IMG/VR virus record: IMGVR_UViG_3300044729_001198
Location: 1 to 64,000 of that record
Length of the DNA stretch: 64,000 nt
Source: a virus
Strand: one strand, 5' to 3'
Shown piece by piece: positions 49,450 through 59,537 of this stretch. A program made the position numbers and the translations under genes. Within the stretch, counting starts at the first letter, position 1. The number at the start of each line of letters is the position of its first letter. The notes under the pieces were generated by a model. The model ran no database searches. It had not been told where the DNA came from and saw only the letters and a program-made list of their open reading frames with translations.

Positions 49450-51542
49450 TATTTAACCACTTTGAAATAGAAGTTATCGTCATAGTATTTTGTAGTACCA
49501 TTCATGACAACTTTAAATACAAACTTATAGAACCTTTCGGGTTGTAATCCATTGAACCAAAAATTAAAATAATTGGATGTTGAATCGCAACTTATCTTTG
49601 TATAAGTATCATCGAACGGAATAATTGTCTGATGTGTTTCAGCATCAACTACCGAGTAATATGTGGTTGTTGGTAAATACTTAACAACTTTTGTCGGTGA
49701 TGATGAAAATGTTCTCGTAGCGTATCTTTCTCTACCAAATACTCTAATTTTAGCTTGAGAGGTTTCTTTATATTCGGTAAGTAACCCTTTAACATATAAT
49801 ATTACATCATCAGCTCCAGATGCACTCGAAAGTGCTGACAATGAACCTGTAGTAAATGTAAAATTATTCCATCGTATATCGAGAGTTGGTGGGTATATTG
49901 TATGTGTGTCGGATGAGAAATACTTCATCGAACCGAATTTTTTGGTAGATGCTTCATCGACTCTGCTTTTCAATACAATAAGTCCATTATTTAACCTATC
50001 ACCTCGTAACCAATCGTTTACATATTCAGTAACTTCAACATTTACATTTTGAACATATTTGTCAAATGATTGTGAATATGTTGTATTAGTCCCCCATGAT
50101 GAGGTATACCATGTGCCACCACCGGAATTAACATTATATCGCGCTTCAAACGTTCTATCAGAATAATAAGCTCCGGTTGGATATAAGGTGGGGTCAGTCT
50201 TTAAAATAAATGATGACAATGATGCGCTTGCGTCACCGATGGTATCATTATAATATGTCCATCTAAAATAGTAATGACCATCTTGGGCTGCTACAAAACT
50301 TGAAGTGAATTGTATAGACCCACTTAAATATTCCGAATAACCATCCATTTCCGATGCTTGTAATTGACGACCATCGGGTTCTAATATGGTGAATGCTATA
50401 GAACTGCTAACATCGGAATTTGATGCAAACATATTTCCACTATTAGCATTAAAGCTTGCGGTATATCCAATTCCACCAAATAATTCAAATCGTTTAAATA
50501 ATGTAGCTCCGCCGAAATTAGAAGCACTCATATTTAGTTTACTTTGACTTACAAATATAGTTGGAATCTCACCAAGGCTACCCGTGATTGGTTCACTTAA
50601 AAAATAACTTGCTGAAGCAGGTGTACCATTAACTACAAACGTGTCATTTACTAAAGTTCCGGGAGATACCATTTTGTATATGAAAAAGTTATCAATTGTA
50701 GCTGTTACTCCATTTGAATTATTTTCATCAAAGAATGTAAATTGTATATTATGATTACCACTATTTGATGCAGTAAATGATACAGAGTGTGTAGCGGCTG
50801 TCGTTAAGTTTTGTGTATAATTTGAAACTTCAGCTGCTGTATAATATGTATTATCTGGCCTTTGTATTCTAAAGTCTATGCCATTTATATTAGTCGGGTC
50901 TACTTCAAAATCTATGTAGTATATTGAACCACTACTTAATGATGCTGATAGATTTGCAGTTCCACCACCATACGCTGATGCTGACATTTCCATCTTAAAA
51001 CTACTTGATATATTAAGTTCTGTAGCAGTACCATTAATACCATTTATAGCATCAATTAATGTAAATTCACCAAGGGTTGATACAAAATCGTAATATAAAC
51101 TTAAACCAGGAACGTTGGATGGGTGTTTTCCGGTATTAGCATTTGCATTAATAACATCCCAAACATCAGTACCATTTCTATAGACCCAAGATACACCATC
51201 AACATTGTGTGGTGTGTCTGGTTCCGAACCAACGCCCTCATCCCATGATTCTTTTAACGGATATACATATAGTGTATAGTTTGACGCTATTTGAGATTCA
51301 TCAATAGATTCGAGATGTAAGTAGTATTTAATACTACCGCTAATGTCACCATCAACAATAGATTGACTTATAGTAGATAGGTCATATTGTAGTAGGGCTC
51401 TACTATTACCAAATAATGTAGTGTTATCGGTGTCATACAATTTTATAACTTCAAGAATCTCGTCCTTGCCGGTGTTCTGATTCTTACGAAGTGTATCTTC
51501 GTAGATTGTTGCGTCCTTCTTTGGATAAAGTCTATAAATCAT
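49449..51542 (-). CDS. Structural protein with DNRLRE-like N-terminus and inserted carbohydrate-binding-like repeats
   Basis: YPKKDATIYED..NTGKDEILEV..RALLQYDLS; SD GAGGT. Confidence 0.55.
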   Translation of the reverse strand: MIYRLYPKKDATIYEDTLRKNQNTGKDEILEVIKLYDTDNTTLFGNSRALLQYDLSTISQSIVDGDISGSIKYYLHLESIDESQIASNYTLYVYPLKESWDEGVGSEPDTPHNVDGVSWVYRNGTDVWDVINANANTGKHPSNVPGLSLYYDFVSTLGEFTLIDAINGINGTATELNISSSFKMEMSASAYGGGTANLSASLSSGSIYYIDFEVDPTNINGIDFRIQRPDNTYYTAAEVSNYTQNLTTAATHSVSFTASNSGNHNIQFTFFDENNSNGVTATIDNFFIYKMVSPGTLVNDTFVVNGTPASASYFLSEPITGSLGEIPTIFVSQSKLNMSASNFGGATLFKRFELFGGIGYTASFNANSGNMFASNSDVSSSIAFTILEPDGRQLQASEMDGYSEYLSGSIQFTSSFVAAQDGHYYFRWTYYNDTIGDASASLSSFILKTDPTLYPTGAYYSDRTFEARYNVNSGGGTWYTSSWGTNTTYSQSFDKYVQNVNVEVTEYVNDWLRGDRLNNGLIVLKSRVDEASTKKFGSMKYFSSDTHTIYPPTLDIRWNNFTFTTGSLSALSSASGADDVILYVKGLLTEYKETSQAKIRVFGRERYATRTFSSSPTKVVKYLPTTTYYSVVDAETHQTIIPFDDTYTKISCDSTSNYFNFWFNGLQPERFYKFVFKVVMNGTTKYYDDNFYFKVVK

Positions 51543-51552
51543 TTCTTACCTC

Positions 51553-53469
51553 TTAAAACAATCTAACTACCTTACCACGGATGTCCGTGTCAGGATATTT
51601 TACTTCAAAAATAGCTGGGTCTTTGGGTGGGTATATCATACCATTTCGAGTTGCGTTTTTCATATCGTATTTGTTTGATGAATATAATCCATCATATTTG
51701 TTTACTATTTGTAAACCACCCTCACCATTTTCATTTGGTCTAACTACACTTTGTACACCCTTTACACCATCCAATAATACATACACATCCGATAGGTTTA
51801 TTGGTTGATTTATTTGCATATTATCAATGTGGAAATATTTCTTTAGAGCATCTACACATCTTAATAAAACTTCATTAGAGTTGTAGTTTGGTAATACAAT
51901 GATTTCAAAATCAATACCAACGTTGACTATATGTGCGTTTTTAATATTTACAGCATCAGTTAAAATTCTATAATATGACAAATAGTTTTTAAGATTCTCT
52001 TTGGTAGCTGTATTTAAGTTTTTTAATCTTTGATTAGCATCATAACCAAGAATATAGAAGTTTATAGCTAATGGATTTGGAATTCCGTTTTTCACATAAG
52101 TACCATCAAGAGCGGTTGATACTTGGAAATCAGGAGCAACATAAGCTTTAGATACCGACCCAAATTGAGGCGGCATTGCGTACGCTCTTAATACATAGTC
52201 TTCACGAGTTACTGCTCGATTTTGAGCTCTGAAATATGATATAGCATTTTGGCGTACTTCTTCAATTTCTTCTTCGTATTTACCACCACCAGCAGCCGCT
52301 TCATTTGTTGCGGCTATTGAACGTTGAACCACACGATATACTGTACCATCCAAATCAGTAGCATCGTTTTCTAAAATTAAATCGGATATTTTTGTAAGGT
52401 CTTGAGATGGTACGTTATCGACTACACCATTACCAACTCGATATGTAACAGTTAATGTTGTATTCGCTGGAGCTACACCATATGTTTTTGAATACATAAA
52501 GTTAGATGGGTCAATTCCTTGGTCAAGATTTGAAGTAGCATTGTATAACGCAGAACCAACATTAGTTGGGTTTGGTAAGATTTCTTCATCAGCATTTGAT
52601 GATACGCCTGCCCCAAACTGAATGTCTATTGAACCATCGTCAACAATTCGAGTTACGAATCGCTTTGGAACTTTTTTAAGTCTTAATAGATATGGAGTTT
52701 CTGAAGCGTATACTGACATTTGTAGTGAATAGTCGGTTGTATTTGGTACTTGTTCAAATACAGTATCTTGAGCAAGATATTCTACTTTAGACCACACGTC
52801 ACCATCATCATCCATGATTTTAATCACATCAATCAAACCATCATCTTCGATTTTTATTTTGTCGTAAATCTTTGGAGTAGTAAATGTAAATGTGGATGTT
52901 TTTTCTTCACCACTTACAGCTTTTACATATTTTTTAAGAAGATAATAGATTGGTTCATTCGTAGTTTCGTCTATCTGATAAACCGTTACTTCAGTTGGGT
53001 CATATGATGATGAGAACGAAAAGTTTACTTTTTCAATTGTTGAGAATACCACATTCGGATTTGATACCGATGAGGCCTTCATACCTTCTTTGATTGTTAA
53101 TGCGTAGTCAAAATCAGGAGCTACATTATCACCAACACCCTTTGATGGTACAATTTGATAAACACTTAAAGTTGTACTCGCAGGAACATTCAGTTTTGGT
53201 TTGTAACCAAATGATTGTGCTATTGTAAATACATTCTTTTTTTCTTGAGCTTCTTCAAGAATAGATTCTCTCAATTGAACGTCTGTATAATATGAAAGTA
53301 CGTCACCAACATATGAAGCCATTTCCATGAACATCATTCCGGGTGACGACTCGTTAAAATCGTTATATGTTTGTGGGAAGTAATTCTTTGTGAAGTCAAT
53401 TAGATTTTGTCTAATATCTCCAAAATCACGACCAATTAAATTAACTTCTTTTTTTATTTTGTCTGCCAT
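51553..53469 (-). CDS. gp6: Baseplate wedge subunit (baseplate J-like)
   Basis: RDFGDIRQNLIDF, FNESSPGMMFMEMASYVGDVLSYY, AQNRAVTREDY. Confidence 0.9.
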   Translation of the reverse strand: MADKIKKEVNLIGRDFGDIRQNLIDFTKNYFPQTYNDFNESSPGMMFMEMASYVGDVLSYYTDVQLRESILEEAQEKKNVFTIAQSFGYKPKLNVPASTTLSVYQIVPSKGVGDNVAPDFDYALTIKEGMKASSVSNPNVVFSTIEKVNFSFSSSYDPTEVTVYQIDETTNEPIYYLLKKYVKAVSGEEKTSTFTFTTPKIYDKIKIEDDGLIDVIKIMDDDGDVWSKVEYLAQDTVFEQVPNTTDYSLQMSVYASETPYLLRLKKVPKRFVTRIVDDGSIDIQFGAGVSSNADEEILPNPTNVGSALYNATSNLDQGIDPSNFMYSKTYGVAPANTTLTVTYRVGNGVVDNVPSQDLTKISDLILENDATDLDGTVYRVVQRSIAATNEAAAGGGKYEEEIEEVRQNAISYFRAQNRAVTREDYVLRAYAMPPQFGSVSKAYVAPDFQVSTALDGTYVKNGIPNPLAINFYILGYDANQRLKNLNTATKENLKNYLSYYRILTDAVNIKNAHIVNVGIDFEIIVLPNYNSNEVLLRCVDALKKYFHIDNMQINQPINLSDVYVLLDGVKGVQSVVRPNENGEGGLQIVNKYDGLYSSNKYDMKNATRNGMIYPPKDPAIFEVKYPDTDIRGKVVRLF

Positions 53470-53478
53470 TTATATTCC

Positions 53479-53913
53479 TCAAACTAATGTCATACTTCCT
53501 TGTGATGTTATTGTCATTGTGATATTTCTATTAGCCCCATTTTCAGTAACTTTATAATTTAAAGATATGTTTATCCTATTTGTATCTTCATTAACGTTTA
53601 CGTTGATAGAGTCAATTATTATGTATGGTAACCAGTATTTAATATCTTCTGTCAATGAATTTGAAAGTGAGTCTTCAAGGTCATCGGTCATTTGTTCAAA
53701 TAACAATGAGTAAACATCAGTACCAAAAAATGGTTGAAATGGACGTTCACCCTTTCGAGTCAACAATAAATTCTTTAGATTTGAAATAGACTGCTCTTCG
53801 GTAGTGTAGGATAATTTAAATAAGGGGTCACCACCCAATGGTAACATAACACCAATGGCTGTATTCTTTTTTAAATCAAGTGGATTTATTTTCCATTCCC
53901 TACGAGTAGCCAT
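53479..53913 (-). CDS. gp25: gp25-like baseplate wedge protein
   Basis: NLKNLLLTRKGERPFQPFFGTD..LLFE..IKYWLPYI. Confidence 0.92.
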   Translation of the reverse strand: MATRREWKINPLDLKKNTAIGVMLPLGGDPLFKLSYTTEEQSISNLKNLLLTRKGERPFQPFFGTDVYSLLFEQMTDDLEDSLSNSLTEDIKYWLPYIIIDSINVNVNEDTNRINISLNYKVTENGANRNITMTITSQGSMTLV

Positions 53914-54413
53914 TACATACCCTTCTTCTTGGCGTCAATTGCTTTCATTAAAGCTGAATAGTCTTTTGTTAAAGCGTCAACAACAGCAGCACCAGCTTCA
54001 GTTTTTTGAAGTTGTTCTACCGATACCGACCTACCTTCTGCCGTTTCAAGAACTCCGCTTTGTATTGAACCAAACCCTTGAGCCACGTTAGATGTGAATA
54101 CACGACTACCGCCAGTTGAATTGATACTTCTCCACTCACCACTTTCGGCGGTCTCATTTAGTAAATTTGAAAACTTCCCACCAAATTGGACTGTTGCCTT
54201 TTTTGTTACAGTGTTTGTGGTGTTTGATTCAAATAGATGGTCAACGTCTAATGGGTCTTTTTCAACCTTTTTAGCTATCGGTTTTTTGTTGGAGGTCAGT
54301 TTCATTTCTTTCAAAATGGATTCACGAATGGCTTTTTCACGTTTAGCCATTTCTTTTTTAACCTCTTCTTTAACGATGATTTGAATCGCTTTAAATAGTT
54401 TATTTGTGTCCAT
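53913..54413 (-). CDS. Hypothetical protein
   Basis: 166-aa ORF; late motif 4 nt upstream. Confidence 0.65.
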   Translation of the reverse strand: MDTNKLFKAIQIIVKEEVKKEMAKREKAIRESILKEMKLTSNKKPIAKKVEKDPLDVDHLFESNTTNTVTKKATVQFGGKFSNLLNETAESGEWRSINSTGGSRVFTSNVAQGFGSIQSGVLETAEGRSVSVEQLQKTEAGAAVVDALTKDYSALMKAIDAKKKGM

Positions 54414-54436
54414 AGTAATAAATATCTTTAAATTAA

Positions 54437-55423
54437 TTATTGTTTCATTAATTGTAGCTTTACTAAAGCTTGTGTGAGTCCAGCCACATCCATGGGAACT
54501 CCAAGGCCGGTTAACAAAGCAGCTGCTTTATTAAGTTCGGTAGTAAGTAGTTCAATCGTATTTACAAGTTCATCAACATTAGATTTCCAATTTGGTGTAG
54601 AAATGTGAACTCCCTTACCACCACTTAAAATAATGTGGTCGTTTCGTGAGTTTAACACTAACCTATCAGAGGTTAATATCAATTGTGGTTTATTATAAAT
54701 TGAAACCGGCTGAACTCCTAATGTAATTTGTTGAGATAATTTTAACCCAACTTGCTGTTGAGAACACATCCAAATAGAAGTGTCATCTTTGTTAATATCT
54801 TCTACTACAAATTTATTATAACCCCGACTGACGCCAGCTCCATTTCTAAATATGGTAATTGGGGATTCGGGTTTAGTTGATGACCATGATGGTTCTATAG
54901 TAGCACCATCAATATACGGGTCTGATTTTTTAACATTTTTAGGAGTGTATCCAAATCGAATTGACTGACCAAATCTACCTTCAAATATCACATCACCAAT
55001 GTAACCTTGTAATTGTGATATGCTCGGCACCTCAACAAACCCATTACCAAGTTCCGGCTTTGAGTCGGTTGACGATACCGCAGGTATACCAGCAGAAGCT
55101 TGAGTTATAGCAGCAGCACCACTACCACCTGGTTTTAAATAATTTAAGGTTGGTAGTGAATTGTGGTTTATATTAAATTGTAACGATACAGGTGATATGT
55201 AATAATTTTTTATCTTTTTAGCAGTAGCTGATGATGCTGAATCAGAACCACCCACCACATAGATTTGTTCACCTATAATTGGTATTTGTCTTAAATTTAA
55301 AGATAAAGGATAACATTCAATATTAGAACCAACTCCACCAGATTGAGTTGAGGCTATAATTGAATTTATTTTATTAGGGTCTTTATCGTTTAGTATGACC
55401 TTTTGAACTGTGGCTAATTTCAT
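54437..55423 (-). CDS. gp5-like baseplate hub/spike N-terminal (OB-fold) protein
   Basis: CYPLSLNLRQIPIIGEQIYVV, GDVIFEGRFGQSIRFG; no lysozyme motif seen. Confidence 0.6.
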   Translation of the reverse strand: MKLATVQKVILNDKDPNKINSIIASTQSGGVGSNIECYPLSLNLRQIPIIGEQIYVVGGSDSASSATAKKIKNYYISPVSLQFNINHNSLPTLNYLKPGGSGAAAITQASAGIPAVSSTDSKPELGNGFVEVPSISQLQGYIGDVIFEGRFGQSIRFGYTPKNVKKSDPYIDGATIEPSWSSTKPESPITIFRNGAGVSRGYNKFVVEDINKDDTSIWMCSQQQVGLKLSQQITLGVQPVSIYNKPQLILTSDRLVLNSRNDHIILSGGKGVHISTPNWKSNVDELVNTIELLTTELNKAAALLTGLGVPMDVAGLTQALVKLQLMKQ

Positions 55424-55785
55424 CTATCATCTCCATCGGATTCTTTAGGTAGGTCCTTTTCCACTTCGTCAATGGCAGCCATCAATTGTTTCTTTTCTTC
55501 GTCCGACAATATAAAACCACCGGTTTCAGCAGCAGCATTGTCTTTCATCATACGTTGTACTATAGCAGCCAACTTAATTAATGCGTCATCATTTTTAACA
55601 GACACATCAAGATATTCTTTAATCAAAGGCACGACAACAGCCGCATCGTTAAGGTTTCTAACGAGCGGCTCAAGTTGTGCTATCAGTAATTTAATTTGTC
55701 GGTCTTTCTTTTTCTGATTTTCATAAATGTCCTTCATTAAATCTGAAAATGACTTACCTCTAAATATTTCATCGTTTTTATCCAT
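55420..55785 (-). CDS. Hypothetical protein
   Basis: ATG at 55785 with GGAG SD (track start is TTG). Confidence 0.65.
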   Translation of the reverse strand: MDKNDEIFRGKSFSDLMKDIYENQKKKDRQIKLLIAQLEPLVRNLNDAAVVVPLIKEYLDVSVKNDDALIKLAAIVQRMMKDNAAAETGGFILSDEEKKQLMAAIDEVEKDLPKESDGDDR

Positions 55786-56503
55786 TGAATTCTCCAATCC
55801 GATGTGTTATACTCATATTATCACCTCTACTATAGTCGGAGTATAATGTAGCGTAAATGATTTTCATTTTACCAACTACCTTTGTGATATATTGAGTTTG
55901 AACACCAGTTCGTTCTCTAATAAGTATGTACAGAGCCTTTTTGTTATACGAATATAAGTTTTGTCGTGTTCTAAACAATTCCGTTAAAGCATCTGCGATT
56001 TTTCTATCTCTATCTTTTTCAAATAAGGTGTATATGTTAGAGTCCATATATCTAACATAGTAATCCATAAAATCAGATTGAGTTTCGTATTGTTGTGATT
56101 GCCAAACCTCATTTACAATATTACGAGAGGTATCAATCATATCAACCTCTTCTCGCGCTTTAAATTGAGCATAGTTTTGATTGTTCTCATTGAATAGATA
56201 GTTTCTTGCAATTACCGTGAAGTATGAAAAGGCTCTACCATTTTCACCTTTGAATTTATGAATCTTTTCATTTAAAAACGCAACTACATTTTGTTTGACA
56301 TCTTCGTATGGTACATCAAAGTAATAAGTCTTGTAAGTGTGAATTACATTCTCGACTAATTTGTCAAATGGATAATGAATAAACCTATTATAGATTTTAT
56401 TCTTTAATCGTTGGTCATCACACTTATTATAAGCGTTGATAGCGATTTCAGTTATCGCTGTAAAATACCTCTTACTCTTTGGTTTCGTCGCCCTTCTCGC
56501 CAT
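55778..56503 (-). CDS. gp55-like phage (late) sigma factor
   Basis: Sigma region-2-like KIHKF...GRAFSYFTVIARNYL. Confidence 0.7.
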   Translation of the reverse strand: MARRATKPKSKRYFTAITEIAINAYNKCDDQRLKNKIYNRFIHYPFDKLVENVIHTYKTYYFDVPYEDVKQNVVAFLNEKIHKFKGENGRAFSYFTVIARNYLFNENNQNYAQFKAREEVDMIDTSRNIVNEVWQSQQYETQSDFMDYYVRYMDSNIYTLFEKDRDRKIADALTELFRTRQNLYSYNKKALYILIRERTGVQTQYITKVVGKMKIIYATLYSDYSRGDNMSITHRIGEFNG

Positions 56504-56780
56504 AGTATGTCTCTAAATCTTCAATAATTTGATACATCTCTTTAAAGATGAATCCGGTTTCGTCATCAGCTTCAAATGAGCCGATTCTATCAATCTCTTT
56601 CATACGAGCCACAGCAGCATCAATATGTCCTGCCATATTTGATAGTTGTACTTCAGCTGCTTCATATTCAGTATATAAAGCATCGTACTCATATTCTAAA
56701 GCTTCATATTTTTTGAAAAGATTGTATGTGATATAAGAAAGAACACTTACAATTAGTAATAATATAATAATAGTCATCAT
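56472..56780 (-). CDS. N-terminal TM hypothetical protein
   Basis: Hydrophobic N-terminus, acidic coiled coil. Confidence 0.6.
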   Translation of the reverse strand: MMTIIILLLIVSVLSYITYNLFKKYEALEYEYDALYTEYEAAEVQLSNMAGHIDAAVARMKEIDRIGSFEADDETGFIFKEMYQIIEDLETYYGEKGDETKE

Positions 56781-56782
56781 AA

Positions 56783-57574
56783 TTAGTCTTCAATTAAATC
56801 TTTAAAAGCGTCAAATACATTTGTCGAATCAAACCCACCAGAAAGTGTATTTGACATAACATCTCCTAATTTCGCTTTAGTAGCAGGTCTACCATTTGGG
56901 TTTCTTGTTGATTTTTCAGCTGACATTTCTTTCAACCAACGTTCGTTTTCAAATCGTGCAGCAAACAAGTCAGCCGTATGCATGATGAATGGTAGTGAGG
57001 TTTTGATTGCCTGGTCCTTATCGAACTTGATAAAATACTCTTTATTGTTTTCATCATACAAACCATCGGTAAGTTTAATACCAATCCACTCTTCTTGACT
57101 ACACTTAACACCAAACTGATTGAGTAAATAAAACGTTCTATCGGTAAGATTCATCCAATGGATATTTGAATTGTATTTGTAAATCTTACCTTGATTTTTA
57201 ACATGCCACTCGGAATCGTTTTTGATATACAAATCTTCCTCAAGTGTTCCCAGTTTTCCAAGGTCATGGTGAAGTGCTGTAAAGATTACGTTTTCACGGG
57301 TGTAGTCTCCTTGACCCATACCAAGTTCAGTATATAGGTCGTATACCTTTAAAGCGTTCTTGGTCACACGAAGAACGTGGTCAATATATCCACCTGGAAA
57401 AGCATTGTGAAAATGTTCAGTAGATGATGCGGGTGTATAAATGATACGTTCCTCAAAGTGGTCGTACATTTTATTTAAAGCATCAAGACGTTCGCCTGTA
57501 AATGTTTTGTTGATTACGGAACGGAACTTTTCATAGTTGGATACCAACTCTTCTGCGGTAAAATAGTTAATCAT
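56783..57574 (-). CDS. HD-domain phosphohydrolase
   Basis: HNAFPGGYIDHVLRV, ALHHDLGK, MHTAD. Confidence 0.88.
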   Translation of the reverse strand: MINYFTAEELVSNYEKFRSVINKTFTGERLDALNKMYDHFEERIIYTPASSTEHFHNAFPGGYIDHVLRVTKNALKVYDLYTELGMGQGDYTRENVIFTALHHDLGKLGTLEEDLYIKNDSEWHVKNQGKIYKYNSNIHWMNLTDRTFYLLNQFGVKCSQEEWIGIKLTDGLYDENNKEYFIKFDKDQAIKTSLPFIMHTADLFAARFENERWLKEMSAEKSTRNPNGRPATKAKLGDVMSNTLSGGFDSTNVFDAFKDLIED

Positions 57575-57577
57575 ATA

Positions 57578-58213
57578 TTATATAATTTGGTCAATAATTC
57601 CAAGTTCAAGTGCTTGTTCAGCATTTAAGAAGTAATCTGATTTTTGATTCTCTTCCCAATACGTTTTATCTTTTTTAGTGAATTGCCCCATTAACTCATT
57701 ACATTCATCCTCAAGTTGTTCGGAGAATTTAGCATTTGATTTAACATCACTTAATTTACCAATGGCAAATGTGGATAATTGGTGAACCATGATTTTGGAG
57801 TGTTTACTTGCGGTTCGAGTACCCGTACCAGCCGCCAATAATAAAGCAGCAGCGGACATAGCCATACCTCTACAAATTATATTAAACGTGACTCCTTGAG
57901 ATTTCATACTATGAATATAGTCGATTAAAGCAAGAGTCTCCACCACATCACCACCCGGTGAGTTAAGCATAACATTAATTACACTAGCGTCTTTGTTTAT
58001 TTTACGAATCAATCTCACTTTAGAGATTACATCAAAAGTTAAACCATGTACAATCTCGTCTTGAATTAAAATTACATTATCAGTAAAGTCAATACCATAA
58101 TCAAATTCACGAAAATATTTTCTTTGGTTATCGGTATCACTACCATCAACATTAGTGTCTTCAAATCTAATGTTGGTGGTGTCACCGGTAGTAGTTACAT
58201 ACAATTCATCCAT
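57578..58213 (-). CDS. clpP: ClpP-family serine protease
   Basis: LNSPGGDV, GMAMSAA (Ser), IMVHQ (His), DYFLNAEQALELGIIDQI. Confidence 0.92.
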   Translation of the reverse strand: MDELYVTTTGDTTNIRFEDTNVDGSDTDNQRKYFREFDYGIDFTDNVILIQDEIVHGLTFDVISKVRLIRKINKDASVINVMLNSPGGDVVETLALIDYIHSMKSQGVTFNIICRGMAMSAAALLLAAGTGTRTASKHSKIMVHQLSTFAIGKLSDVKSNAKFSEQLEDECNELMGQFTKKDKTYWEENQKSDYFLNAEQALELGIIDQII

Positions 58214-58235
58214 AACTTTTTATATTATATTAAAT

Positions 58236-58267
58236 CAAATATACGAAATTCTTTTGAAGAATCCAAA
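58236..58267 (-). promoter_or_regulatory. Bacteroidetes-type sigma-A promoter
   Basis: TTTG-N20-TATATTTG upstream of clpP. Confidence 0.8.
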
Positions 58268-59392
58268 TTATTTTTGATATCTTTTTGCATTAGCATATGT
58301 ATGCTGATGTCTTGGTGCTGGTGGATTTTTTACTTCACCATACAACTCTTTAGCAACCTCATCATCAGTTGGTACAAATATTACTTCTTCTTTTTCTTTT
58401 TTAATTTGTTCTTCAATTGGTCTATCTTCAATCTCAATTGTGTCTTCATTTGTTTCGATTGGTTCTCCGATTGTAGTTTCTGGTTGTAATACTTCTTCAT
58501 CAACGGAGTCGCTAATAAGAACCCCATCGCCAATGTGAATATCAGTAGTGTTATCATTGATACTATTTGATTGATTTCCATCAGTTTCCTTTTTTGTTTT
58601 AGTTAATTTATTTAAAGCGATAACCATAGAAATGGCTAACGGGTCGAATACGAATACAATCAAAAGGGTAAACCAGTTCACGATTACATTCATAGGTTTG
58701 CCTGTGATTTCAGACATATATCGTAACGGACCAACTTCGGCGGCTACCTCATTGTTGGTTTGTAAATCCAATACTTGTAAATCTAATTGGGTAACTGAAT
58801 CAGTTAATACCTCTATTTTTTTGGATACGGATTCTCGTTGTTCAACGGCTGTTGTAAGTTGTGACTCCAATGCTCTACGTTGTGCCGATGATGTAGATGT
58901 AATTATATTACCATTCCTATCAACACGAGATTGTGTGTTGTTAGCCAAACCACCACGGAGCCCATTTATGGATTCATTGAGTTTTGATTTTTCATCAGTA
59001 TAGTAAGTTAGTTGTTCTTGAAATCGAGACTTCTTTAACTCAACAACCTCAACCATTTTATCAGTAACACCCAACTTGTCAGCGGTGGATTGATATGCTG
59101 ATGTTAAGAATCCATAGATACCAGCCGAGGTGATTAACATCAGTACACCTACAGCTAACGTTAGATACCATTTCATCCAACCAGCTTTACTCCAATGGTT
59201 GTGTAGGTATGAAGCAAGTATGAGTTTAGAGAACTCAAGAGCTCCGGCCATTATGATTACTTCAGTTCTAGCTCCAGCAAACAAGGAACTTAAACCAAAC
59301 ACGGAATAGTAAGCCGCTGAACCGGCTAATGCAAACGTACTGATAACCATCAGAACGATGAACCCATTTTCCCTTGTTAAAAACTTTTTCAT
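58268..59392 (-). CDS. Multi-pass membrane protein with long coiled coil
   Basis: Three N-terminal hydrophobic helices, coiled coil, VFVFDPLAI TM; SD TAGGA; late motif at 59502. Confidence 0.7.
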   Translation of the reverse strand: MKKFLTRENGFIVLMVISTFALAGSAAYYSVFGLSSLFAGARTEVIIMAGALEFSKLILASYLHNHWSKAGWMKWYLTLAVGVLMLITSAGIYGFLTSAYQSTADKLGVTDKMVEVVELKKSRFQEQLTYYTDEKSKLNESINGLRGGLANNTQSRVDRNGNIITSTSSAQRRALESQLTTAVEQRESVSKKIEVLTDSVTQLDLQVLDLQTNNEVAAEVGPLRYMSEITGKPMNVIVNWFTLLIVFVFDPLAISMVIALNKLTKTKKETDGNQSNSINDNTTDIHIGDGVLISDSVDEEVLQPETTIGEPIETNEDTIEIEDRPIEEQIKKEKEEVIFVPTDDEVAKELYGEVKNPPAPRHQHTYANAKRYQK

Positions 59393-59537
59393 TTTTTTTC
59401 CTAAAACCTAATTTTATTAACTTTCTAATCTGTACTTATTATCACAATCAAGTTACTGATAACCGCTTAACGCTTAAGCAAACAAGCTGCTTGTGACTAA
59501 CATAAATATCAAGCAGATTGTTAATAATAATATATTA

